A stretch of 62,627 bases of DNA, the filler included, from Candidatus Babelota bacterium (lineage in GTDB: Bacteria; JAGOBX01): the NCBI GenBank assembly GCA_017999075.1. It is 10 parts of 10 records of this genome, joined end to end, with 100 filler letters (N's around TTAATTAATTAA, not from the genome) between each part and the next. Parts side by side here need not be neighbours in the genome. Positions count along the whole stretch, not along the records: positions 1 to 21,890 come from JAGOBX010000007.1; 9 more parts are not named here. The stretch is one strand, 5' to 3'. Positions 9,404 through 19,941 of this stretch are shown here, piece by piece (the stretch's first letter is position 1; every line of letters starts with the position of its first letter). Under the pieces are notes generated by a model. That model did no database searches. It had not been told where the DNA came from and saw nothing but the letters and a program-made list of their open reading frames with translations. The position numbers were made by a program, and so were the translations under genes.

Positions 9404-11299
9404 TTACAACTTATCAATTACATTTGCATTTTGAGTGATAATTTTTCCTTCTCTAAGGATTTTTACTTTTACAGCAGTTCCTATTTTAAGCGAATTCAAG
9501 ATCACCTGATAATCAGTTAAACTTGATAATTTAATATTATTTATTTCGAGCAAAACGTCATCTTTAACAAAAATTTCAGAGTTGATAACTTTTTTTATTA
9601 TCAGGTTTCCGTAAATTGAACCCTGTTCAACTATAATTCCCAAATAAGGATATGCGAGATAACCAAGATTGACTTGTTTTTCTAATATTGTATTAATGAG
9701 TTTTAAAATATTTTCTTCCTCAAATGTTCTGAATTGTTTGGAAGCCATAAGATTTTTTAGTGCGGCATATTCATCTATTGCTTTTTTCCAATATTTTAAA
9801 TATTTATACGTATTTGCGGATGATAAACGGAAATAAATCAGAGAAGCAGGATCATATTTTTCATTGAGCAATTTTTCTTGAAATTGTTTTACAAGCATAT
9901 ACGCGTTATTATAATCTGAAACAGTGCCATCTTCTTTTAAATAACTTTCTATCAATAAAGAAATTATTAAAGGAATATATTCATTTTTACCTGCTGAAAT
10001 AATAGCGTAAGAATAATCTCTGTATTGTTTTAATAAATTGTCGTAATTGAATGACTTTTCCGAAGCATAAAGAAAATATTTAGTCATACATCCTAAAAGT
10101 TCAATATTGTTTTTATAAAAACTTTCATCATATTTTTCAATAAACGATTTTATTAATTCATCGGTTTTTTTAAAATTTTCTGATTTATATGTATAAATAA
10201 TTCTGTATTTTAAATTTATATCAGCGCAATTGTAAGCTGTAATTTTGTTCCAGTTTTGAATGTAATTTTTTATATGAGCGGATATATCCGTAAAATCGCT
10301 GTAAACTTCTTCCCAAATTTTAAGCTTCCCAAGAACAGTATTCCATTCATTTTGTATTAAATGAATATCAATAATATATGTCATTATTGTCTTTATATAT
10401 TCGCTATTTTCAATTGACGGTTTTACAAACTGCAGAGCTCTGTCAAAATAAATATTTGCAGAAATAAGATTGTTGTTTAATAAATGAACAGTTGCTGCTG
10501 TATAGAATATACGATTATCGTAATAACTTAATTTAAACAGGTTTTCAAGAAGCTGTATTGTATCCAGCAAATATGATTTTTTTTCTGTTTTATAAAAAGA
10601 GTAGATATAAAAATTTGAAATTTTCATTATTGCGTTTATAAAAGATTTTATTTCATGTTCCTGACGCAGTGAAAGTTCAGAATATTTTTTCAGCAACAAC
10701 ATTGAAAACTGGTATGCTGATCCGTATTCATTTTCTTCGACTAATTTTACTAAATTATTGAGAGCGCTTGTAAAATCTTCTTTTTTATTATTTAAATCCG
10801 ATATGATCTGGTTATATAATTCATTAGAAGGGTTGATTCCTGAAATATTATCGAATTTCCAAACAGAATTTTCTTTTATAAAAACCAGAAAAATAGGTCG
10901 GCCTTCGTTTGATGTTTCATTTATCAATGTTAAAGTTGCATTATCGTTGTTTAAAAATTTTATATCGCTTATGGATGATTTTGCAATTCCAGTGAAAACA
11001 GATGAATAATAAGAAGACCAGCTTGATTTCATGAATTCAATAACATTGTTGAACTCGCGGATTTTATAACTTTCAGACAACAGTCCCCATATATCCGTAA
11101 TATCGTTGTTTTTTTGAGAAACTAATATTGCCTGCTGATATTTCGTGAATGTCTGAAAAATATCAAAATTCTGTTTTTTTAAAGGAGACAAATCAAGCTG
11201 CTGATTTACAACTACAGGTTTGCTGCATGAAAAAAAAATAAAAATACCAGTTATTAACAGAATAATTTTATTAAGAGATATAAAAATATTTTTCTTCAT
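9404..11299 (-). CDS. Lipoprotein with helical/TPR-like repeats and C-terminal PDZ-like domain
   Basis: Lipobox FFSC; C-terminal PYLGI...DDVLLEINN...GTAVKVKILREGK. Confidence 0.6.
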   Translation of the reverse strand: MKKNIFISLNKIILLITGIFIFFSCSKPVVVNQQLDLSPLKKQNFDIFQTFTKYQQAILVSQKNNDITDIWGLLSESYKIREFNNVIEFMKSSWSSYYSSVFTGIAKSSISDIKFLNNDNATLTLINETSNEGRPIFLVFIKENSVWKFDNISGINPSNELYNQIISDLNNKKEDFTSALNNLVKLVEENEYGSAYQFSMLLLKKYSELSLRQEHEIKSFINAIMKISNFYIYSFYKTEKKSYLLDTIQLLENLFKLSYYDNRIFYTAATVHLLNNNLISANIYFDRALQFVKPSIENSEYIKTIMTYIIDIHLIQNEWNTVLGKLKIWEEVYSDFTDISAHIKNYIQNWNKITAYNCADINLKYRIIYTYKSENFKKTDELIKSFIEKYDESFYKNNIELLGCMTKYFLYASEKSFNYDNLLKQYRDYSYAIISAGKNEYIPLIISLLIESYLKEDGTVSDYNNAYMLVKQFQEKLLNEKYDPASLIYFRLSSANTYKYLKYWKKAIDEYAALKNLMASKQFRTFEEENILKLINTILEKQVNLGYLAYPYLGIIVEQGSIYGNLIIKKVINSEIFVKDDVLLEINNIKLSSLTDYQVILNSLKIGTAVKVKILREGKIITQNANVIDKL

Positions 11300-11333
11300 A
11301 CAGGTTATATTTTATTTTTTTTATTATAAATAG

Positions 11334-13949
11334 TCAACTTTTTTTAATTTCTTTTCTTATAAAATATTTATATATTTCAGAAAAAACAAATATGATTAAC
11401 GTAATAATCAGAGTTAAAGACAATTGCCACGGAGACAGCGGTTCGGTTTTAAAAATGCCGTTCATAACAGGAACATAAATCACTGCAAGCTGTAAAATTA
11501 CAGTTATGACAATAGCGTAAATCAGAGGCATATTTGAAAAAAAATTCATTTTTAAAATAGAATTTTTTAATGATCTTGACGCTATTGTTACTGCCATCCT
11601 TCCAAAAATAAACGCCGTGAAAATAATTGTTAAGCTTTGTGATTTCGGCATTGAAAAATATTTTTCGCAAAACCATTGAAATGTTATCATGATGACTCCT
11701 ATTATTAAACCGAAAACCAGAATAAAATTTCCTACGCCGTTAGAAAAAATAGTTTCATCTGTTTTTCTGGGTTTTCGGTTCATAATATCTTTTTCTGCCG
11801 GCTCCGAAGTAAGTGATAATCCTGGAAGTCCATCGCATAGAAGATTCATCCATAATATCTGAACAGGTTTAAGAATATCCAATCCTAAAAACGGAGCTAT
11901 AAATACTGCCCATAAAGTTCCTGCGTTGCAGGTCATGGTATAAGTAATATATTTTATTATATTATCAAATATCTTTCTGCCTTCTTTTACAGCGTTTACT
12001 ATTGTTGCAAAATTATCGTCAAGCAAAATCATATGAGCAGCTTCTTTTGAAACTGCAGTTCCTGTTATACCCATCGCAACTCCTATGTTCGCATTTTTTA
12101 ATGCTGGCGCATCATTTACGCCGTCGCCTGTCATTGCGACAAAATGATTTTTATTCTGAAGGGCTTTGACGATTTTCAGTTTTTGTTCAGGCGCTACTCT
12201 GGCATATACCTGTATATTTTCAACTTCATTATTAAACTCCTGATCTGAAATTTTTTCAAGCTCTGCACCTGTAACAACGCAGCAGTCGCCTGTTATCATA
12301 TTAAGACTTTTGGCAATTGATTTTGCAGTAAGAGGATGGTCGCCTGTTATCATTACAGGTTTTATTCCTGCTGTTCTGCACAAAGCTATTGCATCTTTAA
12401 CTTCTTCGCGCGCCGGATCTATTAAACTGGCCAATCCGAGAAAAACCATATTTCTTTCAAAAACAACCGGTTCGATTTTGTCGGGGATTGTCTTGATTTT
12501 TTTCATTGCAAAACACATCACCCGTTTCCCTTCATTAGCAAAATTATTGTTTATGTCAATTAATTTCTTCTTGTCAATAACCGTTATTTTTCCATTTTCA
12601 AGAACTTCATCAATATGCTCAAGCATTATATCAAATGCCCCTTTTGTGTATGAAACAAATGTCCCGTCAGGAGTCTTGTGAATTGTAGTCATGCATTTAC
12701 GGTCGGAATCAAAAGGCAATTCATATTTTCTTGGCAGTTTTTGTTCTATAATATTCTTATCAAATTTATGAATTAAGGCAAAGTTATTCAATCCTATTTC
12801 TGTCGCTTCTCCTATTATATCTCCGGCAGCGCTTTTTTTAACATCATTATTCAAACTTACTGCTTCAAAAAAATTTTCAATGCTGTTGTCTGATTTTTCA
12901 GAAGCAGAAAAAAGTTTGCCGTCCACATAATAATCAACTACAGTCATTTTGTTTATTGTCAATGTCCCTGTTTTATCAGAACATATATAGGTGACAGAAC
13001 CAAGTGTTTCCACTGCTGAAAGTTTGCGTATCAGCACATTTTTTCTTACTAATTTTTTTGCGCCGAGAGCAAGAGCTATTGTAATTACAGCAGGAAGAGC
13101 TTCCGGTATAGCTGCCACAGCAAGACTGACTGCGGTAAGAAACATGTCTTTCAAAGCTTCTCCGCGGAAAGTCCCGGCCAGGAAAAAAACTATGCAGATT
13201 ATAAATATTGCTATTGATAATTTTTTGCCGAAAGTTATTAATCTTATTTGAAGAGGAGTTTTTAATTCTTTGTCGGTTTGGATCATTGATGCTATTTTTC
13301 CGAGTTCAGTTTTCATGCCGGTATTTACCACTATTCCGGCCCCGCGCCCATAAGTTATCGAAGTTCCGCTGTAAATCATATTTTTTCTGTCGCCGAGAGG
13401 AATATCGGACAGTTCAATCTCTTTTGTAAATTTGACAACTTCTTCAGATTCGCCTGTTAAAGCAGATTCGTTTGATTTCAAATTGATTGACTCAATTAAT
13501 CTTAAATCTGCGGGAGATATGTTGCCTGCTTCTAAAAACACCATATCCCCAGGAACTAATTCTTCGGAAGAAATATTAATATGTTTGCCATCACGCAATA
13601 TTGTACAATTCGGAGTAGCCATTTTCTTTAAAGCTTCCATAGCTTTTTCTGCACGGTATTCCTGGATAAAGCCTATAATAGCATTTATTATTACAATAAA
13701 TACTATAGGTAAAGAATCGTTTAATTCTCCTACAATTGCAGAAACTATTGCTGATATTATCAGAATTATAATTAAAAAATCCGTGAATTGACCGAGAAAA
13801 ATTACTATAGGTTTTTTTCGCTGTTTTTCAACTAAAATATTTTTGCCGTATTCAGAAAGTCGCTTGTCAGCTTCTTCGGTCGACAATCCTTGTTCTGAAG
13901 TCTTCAGTTTATCATATATCTGATGGATGGAAAAATTATGCCAATTCAT
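11334..13949 (-). CDS. P-type IIA (Ca2+-type) cation-transporting ATPase
   Basis: TGES, IPEAL, DKTGTLT, KGA, TGDH, MTGDGVNDAPAL, QILWMNL. Confidence 0.93.
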   Translation of the reverse strand: MNWHNFSIHQIYDKLKTSEQGLSTEEADKRLSEYGKNILVEKQRKKPIVIFLGQFTDFLIIILIISAIVSAIVGELNDSLPIVFIVIINAIIGFIQEYRAEKAMEALKKMATPNCTILRDGKHINISSEELVPGDMVFLEAGNISPADLRLIESINLKSNESALTGESEEVVKFTKEIELSDIPLGDRKNMIYSGTSITYGRGAGIVVNTGMKTELGKIASMIQTDKELKTPLQIRLITFGKKLSIAIFIICIVFFLAGTFRGEALKDMFLTAVSLAVAAIPEALPAVITIALALGAKKLVRKNVLIRKLSAVETLGSVTYICSDKTGTLTINKMTVVDYYVDGKLFSASEKSDNSIENFFEAVSLNNDVKKSAAGDIIGEATEIGLNNFALIHKFDKNIIEQKLPRKYELPFDSDRKCMTTIHKTPDGTFVSYTKGAFDIMLEHIDEVLENGKITVIDKKKLIDINNNFANEGKRVMCFAMKKIKTIPDKIEPVVFERNMVFLGLASLIDPAREEVKDAIALCRTAGIKPVMITGDHPLTAKSIAKSLNMITGDCCVVTGAELEKISDQEFNNEVENIQVYARVAPEQKLKIVKALQNKNHFVAMTGDGVNDAPALKNANIGVAMGITGTAVSKEAAHMILLDDNFATIVNAVKEGRKIFDNIIKYITYTMTCNAGTLWAVFIAPFLGLDILKPVQILWMNLLCDGLPGLSLTSEPAEKDIMNRKPRKTDETIFSNGVGNFILVFGLIIGVIMITFQWFCEKYFSMPKSQSLTIIFTAFIFGRMAVTIASRSLKNSILKMNFFSNMPLIYAIVITVILQLAVIYVPVMNGIFKTEPLSPWQLSLTLIITLIIFVFSEIYKYFIRKEIKKS

Positions 13950-14074
13950 TTCAGCTCCTGTTCAAAAAAAACATTTAATTCGATTAAAATTAAATTGTAA
14001 GTAATTATAGTAAGTAACAAAAAATTTTCAACTTAAATTATGAATGAAAATGAGTTGTAACTTAAAAATATTAA

Positions 14075-14103
14075 TTGACATTTTAAAAATGATATTTTAA
14101 ATT
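14075..14103 (+). promoter_or_regulatory. Putative sigma70 promoter of the CNNM operon
   Basis: TTGACA-N17-TAAATT in the divergent intergenic region. Confidence 0.45.
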
Positions 14104-14169
14104 AGTGTTATTGATTTGATGACAATATTTTATAATTTGTTTTATCTGGATTATTGAGTCGAACTTAAG

Positions 14170-15495
14170 ATGACCTTTTATATTTTATTTCAGTTGTCCG
14201 TTCTTATTTTATGTTTAAGCTTTTCCGCTTTGTTTTCCTGCAGTGAAACAGCATTATTTTCAATAGGAAAGATTAAATTAAAAGCGTTAAAAACAGAATC
14301 AATGCGCGGAGTTTTGGTAAATGAAGCTTTAAAAAATCCTCAGCGCCTGATTATAGCTATTTTATTCGGAAATATTGCGGTAAACGTACTATCAACTACT
14401 ATCGGAGAAAATTTAATTCACGAATTTGTTAATACTGTCGGCACCGGAAAGTTAAGTTGCATAAAAAATTATGCAAGTATAATAAATATTACAATTATGA
14501 CCACCTTAATTCTTATTTGCGGAGAAATAACCCCAAAAACAATAGCCTTGTCGAATTCAGAAGTTATTTCTTTGAAAGTAAGTAAAATAATTACTAAACT
14601 GATTTTTATCACAACTCCTGTTTACAATATAATAGGCAGAATTTCAGGATACATAATTAATAAAATAACTTCAATTTTCAGAACGGAAACAATGAAACTA
14701 AATGAAGAAGAATTGAAGCTCGCCGTAGAACTTGGTTTAACAGACGGAATGGTAAGTCCTGAAGAAGAAAATATGCTGAAAAGTGTCTTTGATTTCAGTA
14801 AAACAATCGTAAAAGAACTTATGACTCCAAAACCTGATATGATAGCATGTTCAATCAATACTCCGTTGCAGGATTTATTTGCTATGTTTAATGAAACCGG
14901 AATTTCCAGAATACCTGTTTATGATAAAAATCTTAACAACATAAAAGGAATAATATACAAAAAAGATTTATTTTTAAATTATCAGAAAATCAACGATAAT
15001 ATATGGATAAATTTTATAAGACCCGCATATTTTGTTCCTGAAATAAAAAATGCAGCATCACTATTAAAAAGTTTTAAGTTTAAGAAGCAGCATATAGCAA
15101 TAGTAGTTGACGAATATGGCGGCGTGTCAGGACTTGTTACGTTAAAAGATTTAGTGGAAGAAATTTTCGGAGAAATTTTAGACAGAAAAAAAACTGAAGA
15201 CAGTTACATAAAACGTATTGGGCTTTATAAATACAGGGTTAACGGCAGAATGCCTCTTGATTATTTTAATGATGTTTTTAATACAGATATACATGATGAT
15301 TTCATGACTATTAACGGATATATAATAAAAAAACTTGGAAGAATACCTGTGGCCGGTGTTCATATTATAGTCAACGACAATTTGAAAATAACTGTTGAAG
15401 ATATTCAGAAAAATGAAATCAAAACTGTTCGAGTTGAAAAAATAAAAACCACAGGATATGATACTGCAGAAAATAAACTGAATATTGGAAATTGA
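14170..15495 (+). CDS. CNNM (DUF21)-CBS-CorC hemolysin-family Mg/Co transporter
   Basis: SALFSCSETALFS, GEITPK, SRIPVY, VVDEYGGVSGLVT. Confidence 0.9.
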   Translation: MTFYILFQLSVLILCLSFSALFSCSETALFSIGKIKLKALKTESMRGVLVNEALKNPQRLIIAILFGNIAVNVLSTTIGENLIHEFVNTVGTGKLSCIKNYASIINITIMTTLILICGEITPKTIALSNSEVISLKVSKIITKLIFITTPVYNIIGRISGYIINKITSIFRTETMKLNEEELKLAVELGLTDGMVSPEEENMLKSVFDFSKTIVKELMTPKPDMIACSINTPLQDLFAMFNETGISRIPVYDKNLNNIKGIIYKKDLFLNYQKINDNIWINFIRPAYFVPEIKNAASLLKSFKFKKQHIAIVVDEYGGVSGLVTLKDLVEEIFGEILDRKKTEDSYIKRIGLYKYRVNGRMPLDYFNDVFNTDIHDDFMTINGYIIKKLGRIPVAGVHIIVNDNLKITVEDIQKNEIKTVRVEKIKTTGYDTAENKLNIGN

Positions 15496-16774
15496 TATTA
15501 AAATTATGGAATATTTACTTTATATTTTAGGAATACTGTTTTTTATTATGCTTCAGGGTTTTTTTGCATGCAGTGAAATGAGCATAGTTTCATCTAACAG
15601 ACTAAAAATTCATTACCTTGCTAAAAAAGGAGATAAAAACGCTAAAATCATCGAATATTTTTATCATAATTCTCATAAATTTCTTGGGACGACATTAGTA
15701 GGCGTGAACCTGTCTGTTGTTACAAGTTCAGCCTTAACCGCTGCTTTAATGATAAAATTTTTTGACAATTTTTTCCCCGAATACAAATCCTTTCAACCTA
15801 TTGTGTCAACAATACTTATAGGTCCTTTTGTTTTGTTATTCGGCGAAATAATTCCTTTGACATTAGGAAGGTTATACAATAATCATATAGCTCTCCGTGT
15901 TTCAAAGATTATAATTTTATTTTATCATTTTTTATATGTTGTAATTTTTTTTACAACAAATTTCGCAAAATTCCTCGGTAAAATAACCGGAACTTTAAAA
16001 AACAACAGAAAACTTTTTTCTAATATAGACGAATTAAAACTTCTGTTTGAAGAAGGAACAAAAGAAGGCGCATTAAAAAAAGACGATTTGTTTATGATAA
16101 CAAGAATTTTCAATTTTAACAAAAATATCGTGAAAGACATAATGAGTCCGCTGATAAATGTTCAGATGATTTCCGCTGATGATACAATCACTAATTTAAT
16201 TAAACTGTTTAAATCAACAGGATACAGTAAAATTCCGGTTTACAGGGACCGTATAGATAATGTGATAGGAATTGTAAATATAAAAGGAGTTGATCTGTCA
16301 AAACTTGATATTTCTGATAAAATTGAAACAATTATAACCAAACCATATTTTATTCCTGAAACCAAACCTATAAAACAGCTTTTACAGGAAATGAAAGTTA
16401 ATTTAAAACATTTTGCCGTTGTAGTAGATGAATTCGGAGGGGTATCAGGAGTAGTTACAATTGAAGATATTATTGAAGAAATTATCGGAGAAATTGAAGA
16501 TGAACATAAAATCGTAAAAAATATTAATGAATTTGACAATAAAAACAAAACTATTGAATTGGACGGAAATGTAGAACTTGAAACTTTAACAGAACAGCTT
16601 AACATAATTTTTGATACCGAATCAGATGTTGGAACAATAGCCGGTTATATTTTAGATAAATTAGGAAAAATTCCCAAAGCCGGCGTTAAGATCACTGAAA
16701 CAAATAAATATGAAATTACTATTATAGATGCTGACGACCGCAGAATTAACAGGGTTAGAATAGATATATTATGA
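15485..16774 (+). CDS. Second CNNM-CBS-CorC protein
   Basis: GFFACSEM, GEIIP, YSKIPVY, VVDEFGGVSGVVTIED; true start may be ATG 15506. Confidence 0.9.
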   Translation: MEIDIKIMEYLLYILGILFFIMLQGFFACSEMSIVSSNRLKIHYLAKKGDKNAKIIEYFYHNSHKFLGTTLVGVNLSVVTSSALTAALMIKFFDNFFPEYKSFQPIVSTILIGPFVLLFGEIIPLTLGRLYNNHIALRVSKIIILFYHFLYVVIFFTTNFAKFLGKITGTLKNNRKLFSNIDELKLLFEEGTKEGALKKDDLFMITRIFNFNKNIVKDIMSPLINVQMISADDTITNLIKLFKSTGYSKIPVYRDRIDNVIGIVNIKGVDLSKLDISDKIETIITKPYFIPETKPIKQLLQEMKVNLKHFAVVVDEFGGVSGVVTIEDIIEEIIGEIEDEHKIVKNINEFDNKNKTIELDGNVELETLTEQLNIIFDTESDVGTIAGYILDKLGKIPKAGVKITETNKYEITIIDADDRRINRVRIDIL

Positions 16775-17886
16775 TTGTTTATGCAGTTGATGACGAAGAT
16801 TATATCAGAGAAATTTTTGCAATTAATTTCAAGCAGTATAATGAAATTAATTTAACAGTTTTTGAGCATGCAGAAGATTTATTCGAAAAAGTTAAAATAT
16901 GCAAACCTGATGTAATAGTTTCTGATATAATAATGCCGGGGATGACCGGCCTCGAACTCTGTTCTAAAATTAAATCTACTCCTGAATTTGAGGACATATA
17001 TTTTATCCTGCTGACTGCAAAAATATCTGTTGAAGATAAGATTACCGGACTTGAAACAGGAGCAGACGACTATATAACCAAACCTTTTAAATTTAAAGAA
17101 CTGGCTGCAAGAATTAAAGTAGGATATAAGCTTGTAGAATCAATACGAAAAAACAAACATCTGATAAATGAACTTAAAATTAAAAACCAGAAATTAACCG
17201 AAGCTTATGATAAACTCAAGGTTGCTTCTGAAAAACTTCTTAATACTGAAAAACTCGGGGCAATAGGAAAAATAACTTCAATTATATCTCACGAACTTAA
17301 AAATCCTTTATTTGCTGTAACTGGAAGTTTATATTTGATGAAAAATAATTTTTCACAAATTTCCGCTTCAGAAATAGATAAAATAGAAGAAAAAATTAAT
17401 TATTGCATTGAAATTATAGACAATATAAATCAGTTCGCAAAAACCGGAGAGCTTGTCAAAGAAAAGGTTTCTGTGTCAGAACTTATTTTTAATTCTATGC
17501 TTAATTTTAAAATTCCCGAAAATATACAGGTTAGCACTGATGTTGAAGACGCAGATATTACAGTAGATAAAATTCAGTTTAAAATTGTAATATTGAATAT
17601 CATTAAAAACGCTGTTGAAAAATTTTCAGGTAATCCCGGAAAAATACAAATAAAATCTTTTTTTAAAAAAAATGGCAATTCCGATGAATTGAATATAGTT
17701 ATTTCTGATAACGGAGCTCCTCTTACTGAAGACATAGATGTTTTTGCCCCTTTTTACACCACCAAAATTCATGGTTCAGGGTTGGGTCTTTCATTCTCAA
17801 AACTTATTATAGAAAATCATAACGGAAAAATTTCCGCATTTAACGGCGGAGGTTGGGTTAATTTTGAAATCAAATTATATTTATAA
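16771..17886 (+). CDS. Receiver-histidine kinase hybrid (REC-HisKA-HATPase)
   Basis: VDDE, SDIIMPGMTG, GADDYITKPF, SHELKNPL, DNG, GSGLGL; ATGA overlap with the upstream gene. Confidence 0.9.
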   Translation: MIVYAVDDEDYIREIFAINFKQYNEINLTVFEHAEDLFEKVKICKPDVIVSDIIMPGMTGLELCSKIKSTPEFEDIYFILLTAKISVEDKITGLETGADDYITKPFKFKELAARIKVGYKLVESIRKNKHLINELKIKNQKLTEAYDKLKVASEKLLNTEKLGAIGKITSIISHELKNPLFAVTGSLYLMKNNFSQISASEIDKIEEKINYCIEIIDNINQFAKTGELVKEKVSVSELIFNSMLNFKIPENIQVSTDVEDADITVDKIQFKIVILNIIKNAVEKFSGNPGKIQIKSFFKKNGNSDELNIVISDNGAPLTEDIDVFAPFYTTKIHGSGLGLSFSKLIIENHNGKISAFNGGGWVNFEIKLYL

Positions 17887-17896
17887 ATTTTGTAAA

Positions 17897-19873
17897 CTAA
17901 TTATTTCGAATACGAATATCATTCAATATTTTTTTTAACGAAGTAATATCAAATGGTTTTTGAATAAAACTGTATGCTCCGATTTTTTCAAGTTTTTCAA
18001 CTTCAAGCCCGACTTGACCAGAAATAAAAATTACCGGAACTTCTTTATCTAATTTCCTGATTTCATGAAAAATATTTTCTCCTGAAATATCAGGCAGCAA
18101 CATATCAAGAAATATCAAATCAAATTTATTTTCTTTTACAATTTTTAATCCGGCAGCTCCGGAAGTTGCACTTAATACTGAACAATTAAAAAATTCAAGT
18201 ATTTTACTTATAGGTTTAATAAAAGATTTTTCATCATCTATAATCATTATTTTTAAATTTTTATTCGCAATTTCATCATTTGCCATTTCTTTAATATCTT
18301 GAACAATAACTTCGATTTTATTTTCAGGAATGGGGATTTTTATTGTAAATACAGTACCTTTATTTTTTTTGCTTTCAACAGAAATCGTTCCATTATGATT
18401 TTTTACAATAGTATAAGAAACTGCTAATCCTAATCCGGTTCCTTTAATTCCGTAGTTATCTTTCGCATGTGCGCCTTTAGTAGAATAAAACGGAACAAAC
18501 ATATTTTTTAAGCTTTCATCATCCATACCGATCCCGTCATCAGCTATTTTTATTTCAATATTATTTTTTAAAGCCTTTATAGAAATTGAAATCTTCCCTT
18601 GGCCTTTCGGCAGTATTGCATGCCGCGCATTAATTATCATATTTAAAAATACCTGCTGAAACTGATTGACATCAATAAATACTTTTTCCGTATGTCCGTA
18701 ATTACGATCAATTTCAATACGTTCTAATATAATCTGCTGTTTTTGAAGATTTAAAACATCTTCCATAATATCTTCAAGTTTAAACAATTCTTTTTTCGGC
18801 GGACGCGGTTTGGCAAAATCCATCATATTTGAAGCAATTGCGGCTCCACGTTTTATAGCGCTATTAATAATTTTTAAAATTTTGATTGATTCTTCTGATA
18901 ATTTTTTTTCAGTAAACTCCAAAACCTGCACATTAGCTTGAGTTATAGCAAGAACATTATTGAATTCATGGGCTATGCCTGCAGCAAGCTGTCCAACAGC
19001 AGATAATTTTTCTGATTGAATAAGCTGCTGCTGAAGCAATTTTTCATTTGTAACATCAATTGTATATCCCGCAAGTATTTTTTTTTCTTTATGTGTTATT
19101 GGATATTTTATACTTACATAACTCCTGCCATTTAATTCTTCATCAAGTTTCAATATGGTTCCTGTAGAAACAACATTCCAATCATCAGCTGTAATTTTTG
19201 CAGCAAATTCTTCCGGAAACAATTCAGCCATGTTTTTTCCAGTCATAGCAGAACCGGGAACTCCAATCATATCCTTGTAATTCTCACTTGCCTGCAATAC
19301 ACGGCTTTCTGTTGGGGTTACTTCTTTTATATAGGCATAAATAGGAGAATGTTTCATAAACAAAGAAAATATCTCCTTATTTTTATGTAAATCAATTTCA
19401 ATTTTTTTTTGAGCAGTTATATCCTGAGCAATTTCTACAACTGCAACAACGTTTCCTTTGGCGTCTAATATTGGTTCTCCGCTTTCATTCCAAATTCTTC
19501 CATCCGGAGTATAAACAATTTTATGTTCCGAACGACCTGTTTTTATAGCAGAAATCGTAGGACAATTTTCACACGGATTAACCGAATTCCCCCAAAAAGA
19601 ATAACAGAATTTTCCTATCATTTCTTCCGGAATTTTATTTACAGAATCTGCCGCTGCTTTATTCGCCCATAAAATTTTAAGTTCTCTATCTACCAATGCT
19701 ATATTTATACTGATTCCATTAAGGATTGCATTTTTTTGCGCTTCGCTTTCCCTAAGCTTATCTTCAATATGATTTAATTTTGCATGCGCCTTTTCCAGTT
19801 CGGTATTTTTGGCAAGCAGAAATTTTACATCTTCAATAAGTTCTTCTTTTGATTTTTTTGAAATATCATCCAT
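17897..19873 (-). CDS. PAS-PAS hybrid sensor histidine kinase with C-terminal receiver
   Basis: Cys-containing PAS (CY...CENCP), AGIAHEFNN, DDGIG, GTGLGL, IIDDE..DMLLP..KPF. Confidence 0.9.
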   Translation of the reverse strand: MDDISKKSKEELIEDVKFLLAKNTELEKAHAKLNHIEDKLRESEAQKNAILNGISINIALVDRELKILWANKAAADSVNKIPEEMIGKFCYSFWGNSVNPCENCPTISAIKTGRSEHKIVYTPDGRIWNESGEPILDAKGNVVAVVEIAQDITAQKKIEIDLHKNKEIFSLFMKHSPIYAYIKEVTPTESRVLQASENYKDMIGVPGSAMTGKNMAELFPEEFAAKITADDWNVVSTGTILKLDEELNGRSYVSIKYPITHKEKKILAGYTIDVTNEKLLQQQLIQSEKLSAVGQLAAGIAHEFNNVLAITQANVQVLEFTEKKLSEESIKILKIINSAIKRGAAIASNMMDFAKPRPPKKELFKLEDIMEDVLNLQKQQIILERIEIDRNYGHTEKVFIDVNQFQQVFLNMIINARHAILPKGQGKISISIKALKNNIEIKIADDGIGMDDESLKNMFVPFYSTKGAHAKDNYGIKGTGLGLAVSYTIVKNHNGTISVESKKNKGTVFTIKIPIPENKIEVIVQDIKEMANDEIANKNLKIMIIDDEKSFIKPISKILEFFNCSVLSATSGAAGLKIVKENKFDLIFLDMLLPDISGENIFHEIRKLDKEVPVIFISGQVGLEVEKLEKIGAYSFIQKPFDITSLKKILNDIRIRNN

Positions 19874-19941
19874 AATTCAATATTTCCCCTTTATTTTTTA
19901 GTTTTTCAAATATTTATCAAAAATAATCCGGGAAAGCAAAG

